Shown here: piece by piece, positions 1 through 11,042 of the stretch | Numbering within the stretch: position 1 is the stretch's first letter | Layout: each line of letters begins with the position of its first letter | Source of the DNA: Myxococcales bacterium | Lineage (GTDB): Bacteria > Myxococcota_A > Polyangia > Polyangiales > Polyangiaceae | Reading direction: 5' to 3' | NCBI GenBank assembly: GCA_043747615.1 | Contig: JAYTOU010000077.1 | Span: forward strand, 64,826-128,825 | DNA length: 64,000 nucleotides | Made by a program: the position numbers and the translations under genes | The notes under the pieces: model-generated | The model's input: only the letters and a program-made list of their open reading frames with translations | The model's database searches: none | What the model was told of the DNA's origin: nothing

Positions 1-2
1 CC

Positions 3-1664
3 CTCGCCTTACTCGGTGCACCGCTCTTTGCGATCATGGGAGGCTCCAGCGAGATCGCCTGGCTTATGCACAAGGACGCCGCGTACCACCATCTTCGGTA
101 CATTGCGCCGACCGTTCTCGACGAGCGTTTCTCTGACTCGCCGATCTTGGTGACCATCCCGCTCTTCACGTTCGTCGGTTACTTGATGGCCGAATCGAAG
201 ACGCCTGATCGCATCGTGCGGGCGTCGAGCGCGTTCTTCGGGTGGATGCCGGGCGGGCTGGCCATCGTGTGCATCGTGGCGAGCGCTTTCTTCACCACGC
301 TCACCGGCGGCAGCGGCGTGACCATCGTGGCCATAGGCGGCCTTCTCTATCCTGCCCTGCGAAAACAGGGCTATTCCGATGCGTTCTCACTCGGCCTCGT
401 GACCACGGGCGGGTCCCTCGGTCTGCTCCTTCCGCCGTCGCTTCCTATTCTCGTTTACTCGCTCGTCGCCGGCATCGACTTCAACAAGACCTTCAAGGCG
501 GGGCTCCTTCCCGGCTTCATGGTCATGGCCTTCCTCGGAATCTACGCGGCATGGGTCGGCAAACGCGAAGGCGTGAAGCTCGAGAGGCCGCGCCTGAAAG
601 AGATGCTCGGCGCGTTGTGGATGCTCAAGTGGGAGCTCTTCATTCCCATCATCATCCTCGGCGGCTTGGCCACCGGGCTCACCTCGCTCGACGAGAGCGC
701 CGGACTGGCTGCACTCTACACGCTCATCATTGAGGTCTACATCTACAAGGATCTCTCGCTCAAGAAGGACTTACCCCGCATTGCCAAGGCTTCCATGAGC
801 CTGGCAGGCGCGGTGATCCTGATCCTGGCGATGGCCAACGCGCTCATCAACTACGTGATCCAGGAGGCGATCCCCGCTCACGTTCTCGACTTCATGCTGA
901 GCCTCGGTCTCACCGAGACGTGGCAGTTTCTGATCGTCATGAACATCTTCCTCCTGATCTTGGGAATGCTCATGGACGGCTTCAGCGCCATCTTGGTCGC
1001 CGTTCCCCTTATTTTGCCATTCGCGGCGCGCTTCACGCTCGGGCCGTTCCACCTGGCCATGATCTTCCTCTTGAACCTGGAGATCGCGTACTGCTGCCCG
1101 CCGCTCGGGCTCAACCTCTTCATCTCGAGCTTCCGGTTCAACCGACCGGTGGTGAGCCTCTACAGAGTGGTCCTGCCGTTTGCGGCAATCCTGACCTTCG
1201 CGCTCATCCTCGTCAGCTATGTGCCGCGCATCAGCGACATCACCATTCAATCGGACATCAGCGCCGCGCGAAGGTCGGCCGCGCTGGTCAACGCGCCCCC
1301 GCGTGAGTCGTGGATCCTGGAGTGCGTGCAAGAGGATCGCTCGAACCCTCTGCCCTGCACGGCGGAAGACAAAAAGAAGTGGCCGAACGGACAGGCCGCG
1401 CTCCCCGCGGTGCCGGTGGACACTCCGGTGGTCGTGGCGGACGCCGGCGCCGCCGACGATGACGACGATGCGCTTCTCAAAGCGATGGCCGGCGGCAGGA
1501 AGGACGGCGGCGCCGGAGCCGCACCTGACGACGACGATGCGCTTCTCAAGGCAATGATGGGCGGCCCTGATGCCGGAAAAAAAGCGGCGCCGAAGGCTCC
1601 CGACCCCGACAGCGACGATGAGCTCTTGAAAGCGATGATGGGCAGCAAAAAAGACGGCGGCTGA
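3..1664 (+). CDS. dctM: TRAP transporter large permease (DctM family), 5'-truncated, with acidic repetitive C-terminal tail
   Basis: Frame is open from position 3 (LALLGAPLFAIMGG), so the start lies before the window. DctM-type motifs IPLFTFVGYLM, GGSLGLLLPPSLP and NLEIAYCCPPLGLNLF; many TM segments. Confidence 0.9.
   Translation, partial: LALLGAPLFAIMGGSSEIAWLMHKDAAYHHLRYIAPTVLDERFSDSPILVTIPLFTFVGYLMAESKTPDRIVRASSAFFGWMPGGLAIVCIVASAFFTTLTGGSGVTIVAIGGLLYPALRKQGYSDAFSLGLVTTGGSLGLLLPPSLPILVYSLVAGIDFNKTFKAGLLPGFMVMAFLGIYAAWVGKREGVKLERPRLKEMLGALWMLKWELFIPIIILGGLATGLTSLDESAGLAALYTLIIEVYIYKDLSLKKDLPRIAKASMSLAGAVILILAMANALINYVIQEAIPAHVLDFMLSLGLTETWQFLIVMNIFLLILGMLMDGFSAILVAVPLILPFAARFTLGPFHLAMIFLLNLEIAYCCPPLGLNLFISSFRFNRPVVSLYRVVLPFAAILTFALILVSYVPRISDITIQSDISAARRSAALVNAPPRESWILECVQEDRSNPLPCTAEDKKKWPNGQAALPAVPVDTPVVVADAGAADDDDDALLKAMAGGRKDGGAGAAPDDDDALLKAMMGGPDAGKKAAPKAPDPDSDDELLKAMMGSKKDGG
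1454..1646 (+). repeat. Three dispersed peptide repeats D(D/S)DD(A/E)LLKAM(A/M)G(G/S) in the DctM tail
   Basis: DDDDALLKAMAGG, DDDDALLKAMMGG and DSDDELLKAMMGS read directly in the translation. Confidence 0.9.
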
Positions 1665-1668
1665 TCTC

Positions 1669-3060
1669 CTAGAGCTTGATGCTCTTCCACGATCCGCTGC
1701 GAAACTTCAGGGTCATCGTGACCGCGGCGAGCACCATGTACACGCAGGCCGACGTCCAGATTCCGAGCAGCCCCATATGAAAGTGAATTCCGAGGACGTA
1801 GGCCAGCGGCACGAGGCATCCAAAGACGAGGACCAACTGCGCAAGAGCGACGAACGCCGTTTCGCCCGCGCCGAAGAGAGCCTCGCTGAGGATCATGGCC
1901 ACGGCGATGATCGGGGTGATGAGGCCCATCATGCGCATTGGGGTCATCGCGGCGAGCTGTACCGCATGTGACTGGCTGATGAAGCCGACGATCTGCGGTG
2001 TCAAAAGAACCCCCTCGAGGAGTCCGATCACGCCGAAGATCATGACCCCGAGACGGGCGCTAGCCCAACCGTAGGCGACGGCGTCGTCGGGGCGCTTGGC
2101 TCCGAGCGATTGCCCGACCAACGTGGCCGTTGCCGTCCCGAAGGCGATGCACGCCGTGAAGGTGAGCTTGAGGATGGCGACGATGTCCGTGGTGGCCGCT
2201 CCGTTGACGGCCTCGGCGCCGGCGGCAGCGTCGAGGATTCCCACGATCGACGAGAAGAGACCGAAGCCGACCATCATGGTCACCGTGGCGAGCGCCGCCG
2301 GAATGGAGAGCCTCAGAATGGACCACATGAGCGTCCGCGAGAGGTGCGTTCTCTTGAACGAATCGAAGTCAGGGGCGATCCGCGACGCGTAGAAGAGCAT
2401 GATCCCAAGGCCGATCCAGGTGGCGATGAACGCACTCATGCCGGCGCCGGGCGGTCCCATTCTCGGCGCGCCGAGATTTCCGTAGATGAAGATCCAGCAG
2501 AAGAGGACGTTGAAGGCGTTCATCACGATCGCCGCGACGAGGTGCACGTGCGTTTTGCCGACACCGTCGAAGAACGCTTTGACGGACATCGTCATGGCCA
2601 TCGAAATGATTCCGAGAAGCCGCCAGCGCGAATAGGAGATGGCAATCTCGAGCACCTCCTGCTTTTTCAACATGAAGCCCAAGATCGAAGGCAGAGCTAG
2701 GTAGCCGAGCACCGAGAAGATGCCTCCAGCGATCAGACAGAAAAATGCAGCGTTGGTGAGGACGGCGCCCGCCCCCTTCAGGTCGCGCTCGGCGAAACGC
2801 CGCGCGGTGAGCGCTTGGGTCCCGACACTGAGTGCGCTGAGCGAGCCACCGAAGAGCCACACGACGATGAGCGACGGCAGCAGCGCGGCCTGACCGTTCG
2901 AGCTTTCCGGCGACGGGAGCCGCGAGAAGAAGATGATGTCGATCTCATTGACGACGCTCTGCGAGAGCATCGCCACAACGGTCGGCATCGCCAGGCGCAG
3001 AATCGTTCGATACCGATTGGGTCCGAACTCGATCGTCGTGGTCACTTCGGAGTGCGCCAT
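1669..3060 (-). CDS. MATE family efflux transporter
   Basis: About 12 TM segments; ILRLAMP and ILRLSIPA halves, ATATLVGQSLGA, C-terminal FRSGSWK. Start at 3060 (MAHSEV) preferred; ORF is open to 3087. Confidence 0.9.
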   Translation of the reverse strand: MAHSEVTTTIEFGPNRYRTILRLAMPTVVAMLSQSVVNEIDIIFFSRLPSPESSNGQAALLPSLIVVWLFGGSLSALSVGTQALTARRFAERDLKGAGAVLTNAAFFCLIAGGIFSVLGYLALPSILGFMLKKQEVLEIAISYSRWRLLGIISMAMTMSVKAFFDGVGKTHVHLVAAIVMNAFNVLFCWIFIYGNLGAPRMGPPGAGMSAFIATWIGLGIMLFYASRIAPDFDSFKRTHLSRTLMWSILRLSIPAALATVTMMVGFGLFSSIVGILDAAAGAEAVNGAATTDIVAILKLTFTACIAFGTATATLVGQSLGAKRPDDAVAYGWASARLGVMIFGVIGLLEGVLLTPQIVGFISQSHAVQLAAMTPMRMMGLITPIIAVAMILSEALFGAGETAFVALAQLVLVFGCLVPLAYVLGIHFHMGLLGIWTSACVYMVLAAVTMTLKFRSGSWKSIKL

Positions 3061-3093
3061 GCGCGCTTCGGCTCTTACGCGAGTCACCTCGGG

Positions 3094-3123
3094 TTGACAA
3101 GGACAGGCGCGGGGTACTAGTCC
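3094..3123 (+). promoter_or_regulatory. Putative sigma70 promoter of pal (TTGACA-N18-TAGTCC), leaderless geometry
   Basis: Perfect TTGACA at 3094-3099; the -10-like hexamer ends 7 nt before ATG 3131. Confidence 0.5.
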
Positions 3124-3130
3124 CCCAAGG

Positions 3131-3883
3131 ATGGCTCAAACGCATTCGGTCCTTTCCCGTGTCATGAGCGGTGCCGCCTGGCTTTCCCTAGTGGTCGGCT
3201 GCGTCGCGGCAGGCTGTGGGGGCCCCAAGTACCCCAGCTGCGACAACGACGACAACTGCAACGAAGCAGGGCACAAGGGCGTTTGCGTCAACCACACCTG
3301 CGTCGACTGTCGCGACGACAAATCCTGCGGCGCAGGCAAAGAGTGCAAGGCCGGCGCATGCGCGGTCATCGTCGATTTTTGCGACGATTCACAGGCGTGC
3401 GTAGGTGGCGGCACCTGCGGAAAAGATCACCGCTGCGCGAAGGTGGTCGCGGCGAAGGCTTCCGTGCAGTGCGACGACGAGCATCCGTGCGCGGCCGGCC
3501 AGACCTGCCAGAACAACCACTGCGTTTCGCCCGTCGCGGGTGGGCCCGGCTGCACGGATTTCGCAGCTCCTAAGTTCGACTTCGAATCCCCCGAGCTGAG
3601 GCCGGACACGAAGGCCACGCTGCAGCGCCTCGCAGGGTGCCTCACCAATGGCACCTTGAAGAGCGCGCGAATTCTTTTCACCGGGCACTGCGATGCGCGG
3701 GGCGAATACGAGTTCAACATGGGGCTCGGGGCGGAGCGTGCGGAGATGGCGAAAAATTTCTTGGTCGCGGCGGGCGTCCGTGTTGATCGGATTTCTACCT
3801 CGTCGCGCGGCAAGCTCGACGCGAACGGGCAAGATGACGCGGGGTATCAGAATGATCGCCGAGTCGACGTCGAAGTTCGCTAG
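3131..3883 (+). CDS. pal: Pal/OmpA-family peptidoglycan-associated lipoprotein with Cys-rich N-terminal repeats
   Basis: Lipobox AAGC; OmpA-C motifs GHCDARGEYEFNMGLGAERA and NDRRVDV; followed by a CpoB-like gene. Confidence 0.8.
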   Translation: MAQTHSVLSRVMSGAAWLSLVVGCVAAGCGGPKYPSCDNDDNCNEAGHKGVCVNHTCVDCRDDKSCGAGKECKAGACAVIVDFCDDSQACVGGGTCGKDHRCAKVVAAKASVQCDDEHPCAAGQTCQNNHCVSPVAGGPGCTDFAAPKFDFESPELRPDTKATLQRLAGCLTNGTLKSARILFTGHCDARGEYEFNMGLGAERAEMAKNFLVAAGVRVDRISTSSRGKLDANGQDDAGYQNDRRVDVEVR

Positions 3884-4670
3884 CTCGCTCGCGGCCGGTG
3901 CGCTCCTCGCGTCTCTGCTCTGCGGGTGCGGGGTCTTCGCCAGCCAGCGGGATCACGACGCTCTCGTCGCAAAGAACGAGGCTGCGGAAAAAATCAGCCA
4001 AGCTCAGGTCAGCGCTCTGAGGTCGGATCTCGACGCCACACGCGAGCGGCTCGACAACGCGCTCCGGGCGAACGCCGACCGCGGCAGCGATCTGACGAGC
4101 GAAAAAGGTAAGGTCAACGCGCTCACCGGGAAGCTGGAAGAGACCTCGCACCTCATCGAGGACTTGCGTAAAGAGATCGCCTCCACGCGGAGTGAGCTCG
4201 ATGCCCGTCTCGACGAGATCAGGCGCACCCAGGAAACGCCGAAAGCGCTGCCGGTGGCCATTCCCGCGGATAAAAACGGCCATTTTGCGGCGATCGAATC
4301 GGCGCATGCCGCGAAGGACTGGCCGCTGACGCGCACGCTCGGTCACGCGTTCATCGAAAAATATCCGACGGACGATCGCGCGGACGACGTGCTCTTCGTG
4401 ATGGGAGACGCTGATCTCAAAGATGGGCGCCCTTCATCGGCGCTCGGCGAGTTCAACCGCATCTTGAAGCTCACGCCACCGTCGAACGTCCTCGACAAGA
4501 CGCTCTTCGCCATGGGCGAGGCTTATCTGCTCCTGCACGACTGCGAGAACGCGAAGCTCGCTTTCTCCTCGTGCGCAACGCGCTTTTCAAAGGACAAGCT
4601 CGGCACCGAATCCAAGGCTCGCGTGGCGACGATTGACAAGCCGGCCCCGGGGTTGTGCGCGCCGCCGTAA
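3852..4670 (+). CDS. cpoB: CpoB/YbgF-like coiled-coil + TPR lipoprotein
   Basis: Lipobox LCGC, coiled coil, then TPR (FIEKYPTDDRADDVLFVMG); directly after pal. Start MIAES at 3852. Confidence 0.7.
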   Translation: MIAESTSKFASSLAAGALLASLLCGCGVFASQRDHDALVAKNEAAEKISQAQVSALRSDLDATRERLDNALRANADRGSDLTSEKGKVNALTGKLEETSHLIEDLRKEIASTRSELDARLDEIRRTQETPKALPVAIPADKNGHFAAIESAHAAKDWPLTRTLGHAFIEKYPTDDRADDVLFVMGDADLKDGRPSSALGEFNRILKLTPPSNVLDKTLFAMGEAYLLLHDCENAKLAFSSCATRFSKDKLGTESKARVATIDKPAPGLCAPP

Positions 4671-4708
4671 ACTTGGCCCCTTGTCCGGCGATCCGTACCG
4701 TCCGGATC

Positions 4709-7348
4709 ATGAGCGACAAAGCCTCCAACGCGCCGACCGAAAGCACGGGATTCTCTTCTGCTCCCGACGCCGCGGCCCTGTCGGTACCGCGCGTGTTCGG
4801 ACGCCTTCTCCTCCTCAAGCTCATGGCGCGTGGCGGGATGGGCGACGTCTACCTCGCAGCGACGACGGGCATCGAAGGCGCGGAACGGGCATGCGTCGTC
4901 AAGACGGTGCGGCGCGATCACATCCGCGACGGCTCGTTTTTGGCTCGATTCCTCGACGAAGCGCGGGTGCAGTCGCAGCTCAATCACCCCGGCGTGGCGC
5001 AGGTTCTCGAGGCAGCGACCGACGAGAACGGCGAGCCGTACACCGTCGTCGAATACGTCGAGGGGCGAAGCCTTTCCGACGTCCGCCAGCGCTCGATCCA
5101 ACTTGGCGCGCGCATCGGCTGGCCAGAGGCCGTCGCCATCGCGATCGAGATGGCCCAGGCCCTCGCTCATGTGCACGAGCGATCCGGCGCCGACGGAACG
5201 CCGCTCGGAATCGTTCACCGCGATCTGAGTCCCCAAAATGTGATGATCGGTTACGCCGGTGAAGTGAAGCTCATCGACTTCGGCACGGCGCGTGGACACA
5301 ACCGGCGATGCCACACCGTTGCCGGAGTCGTCTTCGCGAAACCCGGCTACGTCGCGCCGGAAGTCGCGCGTCAGCAAGTCGGCGACGGTCGCATCGACAT
5401 CTACGCGCTTGGCATCATGCTCTGGGAGCTATGCGCGGCGAAGCGTTTCCTCAGCGGCGACGCGCAGGTCCATCTCGAACAGGCGGCCGCAGGGAAGATA
5501 GTCATTCCCCTACTCGCCGACACCATGGGGATTCCCGACGATCTCGACAAGGTGATCGCCAGGCTCACCGCCAACGATCCCGAGGATCGCTATACGAACG
5601 CGACGCTCGCGGCGACCGATCTCGCGCAAGTGCTCTCCGGGGCACCGCCCTGCAAGCTTGGCGAGCGCGGTGTGCGCAGTCGAGTTCATCACTTGATGCG
5701 CGCTCTCTGGACACACGAGCCTGCCCGCGGCCGCGCCGAGTTTGCCAAGCTTCTGCGCGAGGCGCGCACCGTGAAGAGCAGCGCCCTCACGCCGCAAGCG
5801 GGAAAAGTATCGGAAATTGCCCTTTCGCGCATGAACGACGATCCGTCGATCCTCAGCGGCACGCCGTACAAGTTGGTTCGCAAGATCGGCGAAGGGGCCA
5901 GCGGGATCGTCCACGAAGCCGAGCACGTCGAGCTTGGACGGCGGGTCGCGATCAAGATTCTCGCGCCCGAGCACGCGTCCGCCACCGATGCCATCGAGCG
6001 ATTCCGTCGTGAAGCGCGCGCCGTGGCAGCGCTCTCGCACCCGAACTTGTGCATGCTCTACGATTTCGGGAAGGCCTACGACGGCCGCATCTTCCTGGCG
6101 ATGGAGCTTCTCGCAGGAGACACACTCGACAAGCGGTTGAAAGAGACGCGCGGTATGGACTGGCGCGAGGCCGTTGCCTTGGCCATCGAAGTCACCAAGG
6201 CGCTCGAGGCGGCCCACGGCGCGGGCCTCGTTCATCGTGATCTCAAGCCGCAGAATCTTTTTCTCACCGCCGACGGTGGGCTCAAGCTCCTCGACTTCGG
6301 AGTGGCGATGGCGCTCAGCGACGTGTCCTCGCAAGAGGGACGGCAGAAGGGCTTCGCCATTTTCGGGACGCCCGAATACATGGCACCCGAGCAGGTCGCC
6401 GGCGATCCCGTCGATGGTCGCTGCGATCTCTACGCGCTCGGCTGCGTGCTCTACGAGCTGGTCACCGGACATCGTCCGTTCGAAGGGACGTCGACCGTCG
6501 CCGTGATGGGCAAGCAGCTACGCGAGGTACCCGAGCCCCCACGTGCGCGTGCCCCGATGCGCGGGATCCCCGACGTGCTCGATGCGATCATCATGACCGC
6601 GCTCGCAAAATCTCCGGCCAATCGATTTGCAAATGCGCAAGCGATGCGAGAGTCGCTGGAGGAGACCCTCCACACGCCGACCACCCGAGAGAAGAAAGTT
6701 CGTCGCGCAGCCGGCGCCGCGTTCGCTGGAATGGCCCTCATCGCCATGACGACGTTCGCCGTGCGCGCCTCGCATCACGCTGTCGAAGTCGGCCCCGTGC
6801 AGGTCGCCGATGCCCGTCCCGAGCCAATGGCCCCCACGACGTCGATGCTCCCGGAGTCTCTTGTCGCCGAGGTCGCCCAGATGTCGGCTTCGGTGCCGCT
6901 CGCCATGGAAGCAGCGGCCGAGACGGCGGTGGTCCGCGCGAAGCCTGAGAACGAACACCCGAAAGATCGCGGCGCAGGACCTCGTCCGGAGGTAAGGGCG
7001 GAGCTCGAGCACGCACTGGCCGAGGCCCGCACGGCAGCTAAGGCACATCCGGGCGACACGCGTGCCCTCAAGGCATGGGCATCGGCCGCGATGCGCGCGG
7101 GAGATTTCCGAGAAGCACGCAGAGCCGCCGACGTGTGGGCGCTTCACGATGGCTCAGCCGAGCCGCGTATCTTCTTGGCCACCGCCCTCGACGCAAGCGG
7201 TAGACGGGGCGATGCGAAAGCGGTCCTCGAGGAGATCCTCGAAATTCACCCCGACGCCCAGGATGCTCGTCGTCTCCACGCACGCTACGGAGCACCGCTC
7301 CCCAGCCTTGACACCGCGCCGCACAAATCCAGCCTCGCGCGGCGCTAA
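4709..7348 (+). CDS. Hanks-type Ser/Thr protein kinase with two tandem kinase domains, a TM helix and a C-terminal TPR-like region
   Basis: Domain 1: RGGMG, HRDLSPQN, DFG, YVAPE. Domain 2: GEGASG, HRDLKPQN, DFG, GTPEYMAPE. Confidence 0.9.
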   Translation: MSDKASNAPTESTGFSSAPDAAALSVPRVFGRLLLLKLMARGGMGDVYLAATTGIEGAERACVVKTVRRDHIRDGSFLARFLDEARVQSQLNHPGVAQVLEAATDENGEPYTVVEYVEGRSLSDVRQRSIQLGARIGWPEAVAIAIEMAQALAHVHERSGADGTPLGIVHRDLSPQNVMIGYAGEVKLIDFGTARGHNRRCHTVAGVVFAKPGYVAPEVARQQVGDGRIDIYALGIMLWELCAAKRFLSGDAQVHLEQAAAGKIVIPLLADTMGIPDDLDKVIARLTANDPEDRYTNATLAATDLAQVLSGAPPCKLGERGVRSRVHHLMRALWTHEPARGRAEFAKLLREARTVKSSALTPQAGKVSEIALSRMNDDPSILSGTPYKLVRKIGEGASGIVHEAEHVELGRRVAIKILAPEHASATDAIERFRREARAVAALSHPNLCMLYDFGKAYDGRIFLAMELLAGDTLDKRLKETRGMDWREAVALAIEVTKALEAAHGAGLVHRDLKPQNLFLTADGGLKLLDFGVAMALSDVSSQEGRQKGFAIFGTPEYMAPEQVAGDPVDGRCDLYALGCVLYELVTGHRPFEGTSTVAVMGKQLREVPEPPRARAPMRGIPDVLDAIIMTALAKSPANRFANAQAMRESLEETLHTPTTREKKVRRAAGAAFAGMALIAMTTFAVRASHHAVEVGPVQVADARPEPMAPTTSMLPESLVAEVAQMSASVPLAMEAAAETAVVRAKPENEHPKDRGAGPRPEVRAELEHALAEARTAAKAHPGDTRALKAWASAAMRAGDFREARRAADVWALHDGSAEPRIFLATALDASGRRGDAKAVLEEILEIHPDAQDARRLHARYGAPLPSLDTAPHKSSLARR

Positions 7349-7659
7349 AAAAAGTCACCGAGCGACAAGCTCGGCGCGCCAAAGCCCCGCAGCGGCGCGC
7401 CCGACCCGACGGATGCGGCGACGCAGAACGGCGCCGAGGACCAAAACGAACGGCGCCTTCCTCGAGCTCTGGCGCCCTCTTTCCTCTCGCGTAACCATGC
7501 TCGCTCGCGGCGGAACGAGGGCTCAAGCTCAAAGCCTCGACCGAGCCGTGGGAATTTTCGGATCACGATGCCGCCGTTCGCGGGCAAGTCATCGGCTTTC
7601 ACCTCTCCGCGGTGGACCTGTTTTGAAACCACCAAGCGTGCTAAGCCCGCTCTCTCGAA

Positions 7660-10600
7660 ATGCCTCGGCGGAGTGACCTTCACAAGATTCTCCTCATCGG
7701 CGCGGGGCCGATCATCATCGGTCAGGCCTGCGAGTTCGATTATTCGGGCACGCAAGGGGCGAAGGCGCTTCGCGAAGAGGGGTACGAGGTAGTCCTCGTC
7801 AACTCGAACCCGGCGACGATCATGACCGATCCCCAGCTGGCGTCGCGTACGTACATCGAGCCCCTCGAGTGGCGCACCCTCGCGGCGATCATCGAACGCG
7901 AGCGCCCCGATGCGATCCTGCCGACGTTGGGAGGGCAGACCGCGCTGAACCTCGCGCTCCGGCTCGAGGAAGAAGGCGTGCTCGCGAAGTTCGGCGTCGA
8001 GATGCTTGGCGCAAAACCCGAATCGATTCGGAAAGCCGAAGATCGCTCGCTCTTCAAGGCGGCGATGCAAAAAATCGGGTTAGCGTGCCCGCTGTCGGAG
8101 GGCGCGCATTCGCTCGCGGACGCCTGGCGCATCGTCGAAAAGACTGGTTTTCCATCTATTTTGCGGCCGTCGTTCACCATGGGCGGTAGCGGTGGGGGCA
8201 TCGCCAGGGATCGCAGCGAGTTCGAGGAAAAAGTCTTATGGGCTCTCGCGCAGTCGCCGACCCACGAGGTACTGATCGAAGAGAGCGTCCTCGGGTGGAA
8301 GGAATTCGAGCTCGAGGTGATGCGCGACAGCGTCGACAATTTCATCGTGGTGTGCTCGATCGAGAACATCGATCCGATGGGCGTCCACACCGGAGATTCG
8401 ATCACCGTCGCTCCAGCGATGACCCTCACCGACCGCGAGTACCAGCGCCTCCGTGACGCAGCGCGCGCCGTGATGTCCGAGATCGGCGTGGAGTCTGGCG
8501 GCTCCAACGTGCAGTTCTCCGTCTCGCCGGTCGACGGTAAACTTTACGTGATCGAGATGAACCCGCGCGTCTCTCGCTCGAGCGCCCTCGCCTCCAAGGC
8601 TACGGGGTATCCGATCGCCAAGATCGCCGCCAAGCTCGCCATCGGCTACCGCCTCGACGAGCTCCAGAACGACATCACCAAGACCAGCGCCGCCTTCGAG
8701 CCGGTGATCGATTACGTCGTCGTGAAGTGGCCGCGTTTCGCGTTCGAAAAATTCCCCGGCGCAGAGACCACCCTCGGAACGCAGATGAAGAGCGTGGGTG
8801 AGGTGATGAGCATCGGACGCACGTTCTGCGAGGCGCTTCAGAAAGCGGCGCGCTCGCTCGAAACGGGGCGGGACGGCCTCGTATCGCTGCGCGATCGCGT
8901 CGACTACCGCCTCTTGGCCGAGCCAAAAAAATCGCGCGACCTCGGGATGGAGGCACCAGAGATGGAGGCGCCGCGTGAGCTCCCCCCGGCATCGGAGGAG
9001 GAGGTGCGCGCCGCTCTCTCGAAGCTCGTGGGAACGCCGACTGCCGAGCGACTTTTTTACGTGGCCGACGCCATGCGCATCGGAATGAGCGACGACGAGC
9101 TTTACGCGCTGACCCAGATCGATCGCTGGTTCCTCGCCCAGATGCGCCGCATCCTCCACGCCGAAAAAAAGATCGCCGCGGGCGAGCTCGGCCCGAACCA
9201 CCTGCGCGAGTACAAGCGACTCGGCTTCTCCGACCGTCACATCGCATCGGTAGGTTCCGCAACCAAGGGAGCGCTGTCCGAGGACGACGTCCGGAAGCTA
9301 CGTGCCAAGGGGGGGGTGCGTCCCGTCTTCACGCGCGTCGACACCTGCGCGGCCGAGTTCGTTGCTCACACGCCGTATCTCTACTCTTGCTACGACACCG
9401 AGAGCGAATCGGCCGCAAAACCAGGCAAAAAAGTGGTGATCCTGGGCGGCGGGCCGAACCGCATCGGGCAGGGTATCGAGTTCGATTACTGCTGCGTGCA
9501 CGCCGCTCAGGCCTTGCGTGAGCTCGGTTACGAGACGGTGATGGTGAACTGCAATCCAGAGACGGTCTCCACCGACTACGACACATCGGATCGCCTCTAC
9601 TTCGAGCCGCTCACCCTCGAGGACGTTCTGGCGATCTGCGACGAAGAAAATCCGGACGGCGTCATCGTGCAGTTCGGCGGGCAGACGCCCCTCAAGCTCG
9701 CTGTTCCCCTCGAGCAGCGCGGGGTGAAGCTTCTCGGCACGAGCGCCGACGCCATCGATCGCGCCGAGGACCGCGGGCGCTTCGACGAGCTACTCACCAA
9801 GATCTCGCTCAAGAGACCGAAGAGCGGAATGGCGACGGACGCCGCTGGCGCAAAGGCGATCGCAAACGAGATCGGGTATCCGGTGCTCGTGCGTCCGAGC
9901 TACGTGCTCGGCGGGCGTGCGATGATGATCGCCTATACGCCCGAAGAGCTCGATACCTACGTTTATCGTGCGGTCGAGGCTGCGCGCGACGCGGGCTCGC
10001 AGTCCATCCTGATCGACGAGTTCTTGAAGGACGCGATCGAGGTCGATGTCGACTGCGTGGCCGACGGCAGGCGTGCGGTCATCGGCGGCGTCATGCAGCA
10101 CATCGAAGAGGCGGGGATCCATTCCGGCGATTCCTCGAGCGTGCTTCCGCCGCACTCCCTCGGCCCGGAGATCGTTCTTTCGATCGAAGAGCAGACCAGG
10201 ATGCTCGCTCTCGAGCTCGGCGTCGTCGGATTGATGAACGTACAATTTGCCGTGAAAGGCGGAGAAATCTACGTGCTCGAGGTGAACCCGCGCGCGAGCC
10301 GCACGGTGCCGTTCGTCTCCAAGGCGACGGGCCGCCCGCTCGCAAAGATCGCCGCGACGCTCATGGTGGGAAAGACCCTCGACGAGCTCGGCATCATCGA
10401 GATCCCCGTCCCCAGGCACGTCGCCGTCAAAGCGAGCGTCTTTCCGTTCGCGAAATTTCCAGGCGTAGACACCATTCTCGGGCCAGAGATGCGCTCCACT
10501 GGCGAAGTGATGGGCATCGCCGACACCTTTGCCCGCGCGTTCACCAAGGCCATGCTCGCCAGCGGCCAATCCATTCTTTCGGCCACGACCGAGCGGCGCC

Positions 10601-10995
10601 GCGCCTTCATCAGCGTGAAGGACGAGGACAAACCCGTCGCCTGCTTGATCGCGCGGCGACTTAGGGCCATGGGCTTCGAGATCTGCGCGACACGGGGGAC
10701 GGCGGCGGCGTTCGCTCGATCGCGCATCCCGAGCGAGGTCATCAACAAGGTGAACGAGGGAACGCCCCACGTCGTCGATGCCATTCGCGGCGGCTCGATC
10801 GCCATCGTGATCAACACGACGATCGGCGCGCGGGAGGTCCGTGACAGCTACTCCCTACGGCGCCAGGCTCTACTCGAAAATATCCCCTATTTCACGACGA
10901 TCGCTGCGGCGCTCGCCGCCTCCGACGCCATCGAATCCTCGCGCAACGACACCAGTGTGCACGTAAAGTCGATCCAAGAATGGCACGCTAGTTAG
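7660..10995 (+). CDS. carB: Carbamoyl-phosphate synthase large subunit
   Basis: [30 protein letters not shown], two ATP-grasp domains and a C-terminal MGS domain. Confidence 0.98.
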   Translation: MPRRSDLHKILLIGAGPIIIGQACEFDYSGTQGAKALREEGYEVVLVNSNPATIMTDPQLASRTYIEPLEWRTLAAIIERERPDAILPTLGGQTALNLALRLEEEGVLAKFGVEMLGAKPESIRKAEDRSLFKAAMQKIGLACPLSEGAHSLADAWRIVEKTGFPSILRPSFTMGGSGGGIARDRSEFEEKVLWALAQSPTHEVLIEESVLGWKEFELEVMRDSVDNFIVVCSIENIDPMGVHTGDSITVAPAMTLTDREYQRLRDAARAVMSEIGVESGGSNVQFSVSPVDGKLYVIEMNPRVSRSSALASKATGYPIAKIAAKLAIGYRLDELQNDITKTSAAFEPVIDYVVVKWPRFAFEKFPGAETTLGTQMKSVGEVMSIGRTFCEALQKAARSLETGRDGLVSLRDRVDYRLLAEPKKSRDLGMEAPEMEAPRELPPASEEEVRAALSKLVGTPTAERLFYVADAMRIGMSDDELYALTQIDRWFLAQMRRILHAEKKIAAGELGPNHLREYKRLGFSDRHIASVGSATKGALSEDDVRKLRAKGGVRPVFTRVDTCAAEFVAHTPYLYSCYDTESESAAKPGKKVVILGGGPNRIGQGIEFDYCCVHAAQALRELGYETVMVNCNPETVSTDYDTSDRLYFEPLTLEDVLAICDEENPDGVIVQFGGQTPLKLAVPLEQRGVKLLGTSADAIDRAEDRGRFDELLTKISLKRPKSGMATDAAGAKAIANEIGYPVLVRPSYVLGGRAMMIAYTPEELDTYVYRAVEAARDAGSQSILIDEFLKDAIEVDVDCVADGRRAVIGGVMQHIEEAGIHSGDSSSVLPPHSLGPEIVLSIEEQTRMLALELGVVGLMNVQFAVKGGEIYVLEVNPRASRTVPFVSKATGRPLAKIAATLMVGKTLDELGIIEIPVPRHVAVKASVFPFAKFPGVDTILGPEMRSTGEVMGIADTFARAFTKAMLASGQSILSATTERRRAFISVKDEDKPVACLIARRLRAMGFEICATRGTAAAFARSRIPSEVINKVNEGTPHVVDAIRGGSIAIVINTTIGAREVRDSYSLRRQALLENIPYFTTIAAALAASDAIESSRNDTSVHVKSIQEWHAS

Positions 10996-11042
10996 GCCTG
11001 GCGCGGTGTTCGCGCGGTGAGGTCTCGGCTAAGCTCCATTCC

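Noticed and set aside
7345..7659. Small minus-strand ORF or ncRNA between the kinase and carB
   Set aside because: An Arg-rich frame is open but has no SD or motif, and I recognised no riboswitch or PyrR attenuator; unsupported.
7660..10995. carB without an adjacent carA
   Set aside because: Split carA/carB arrangements are common; not notable.
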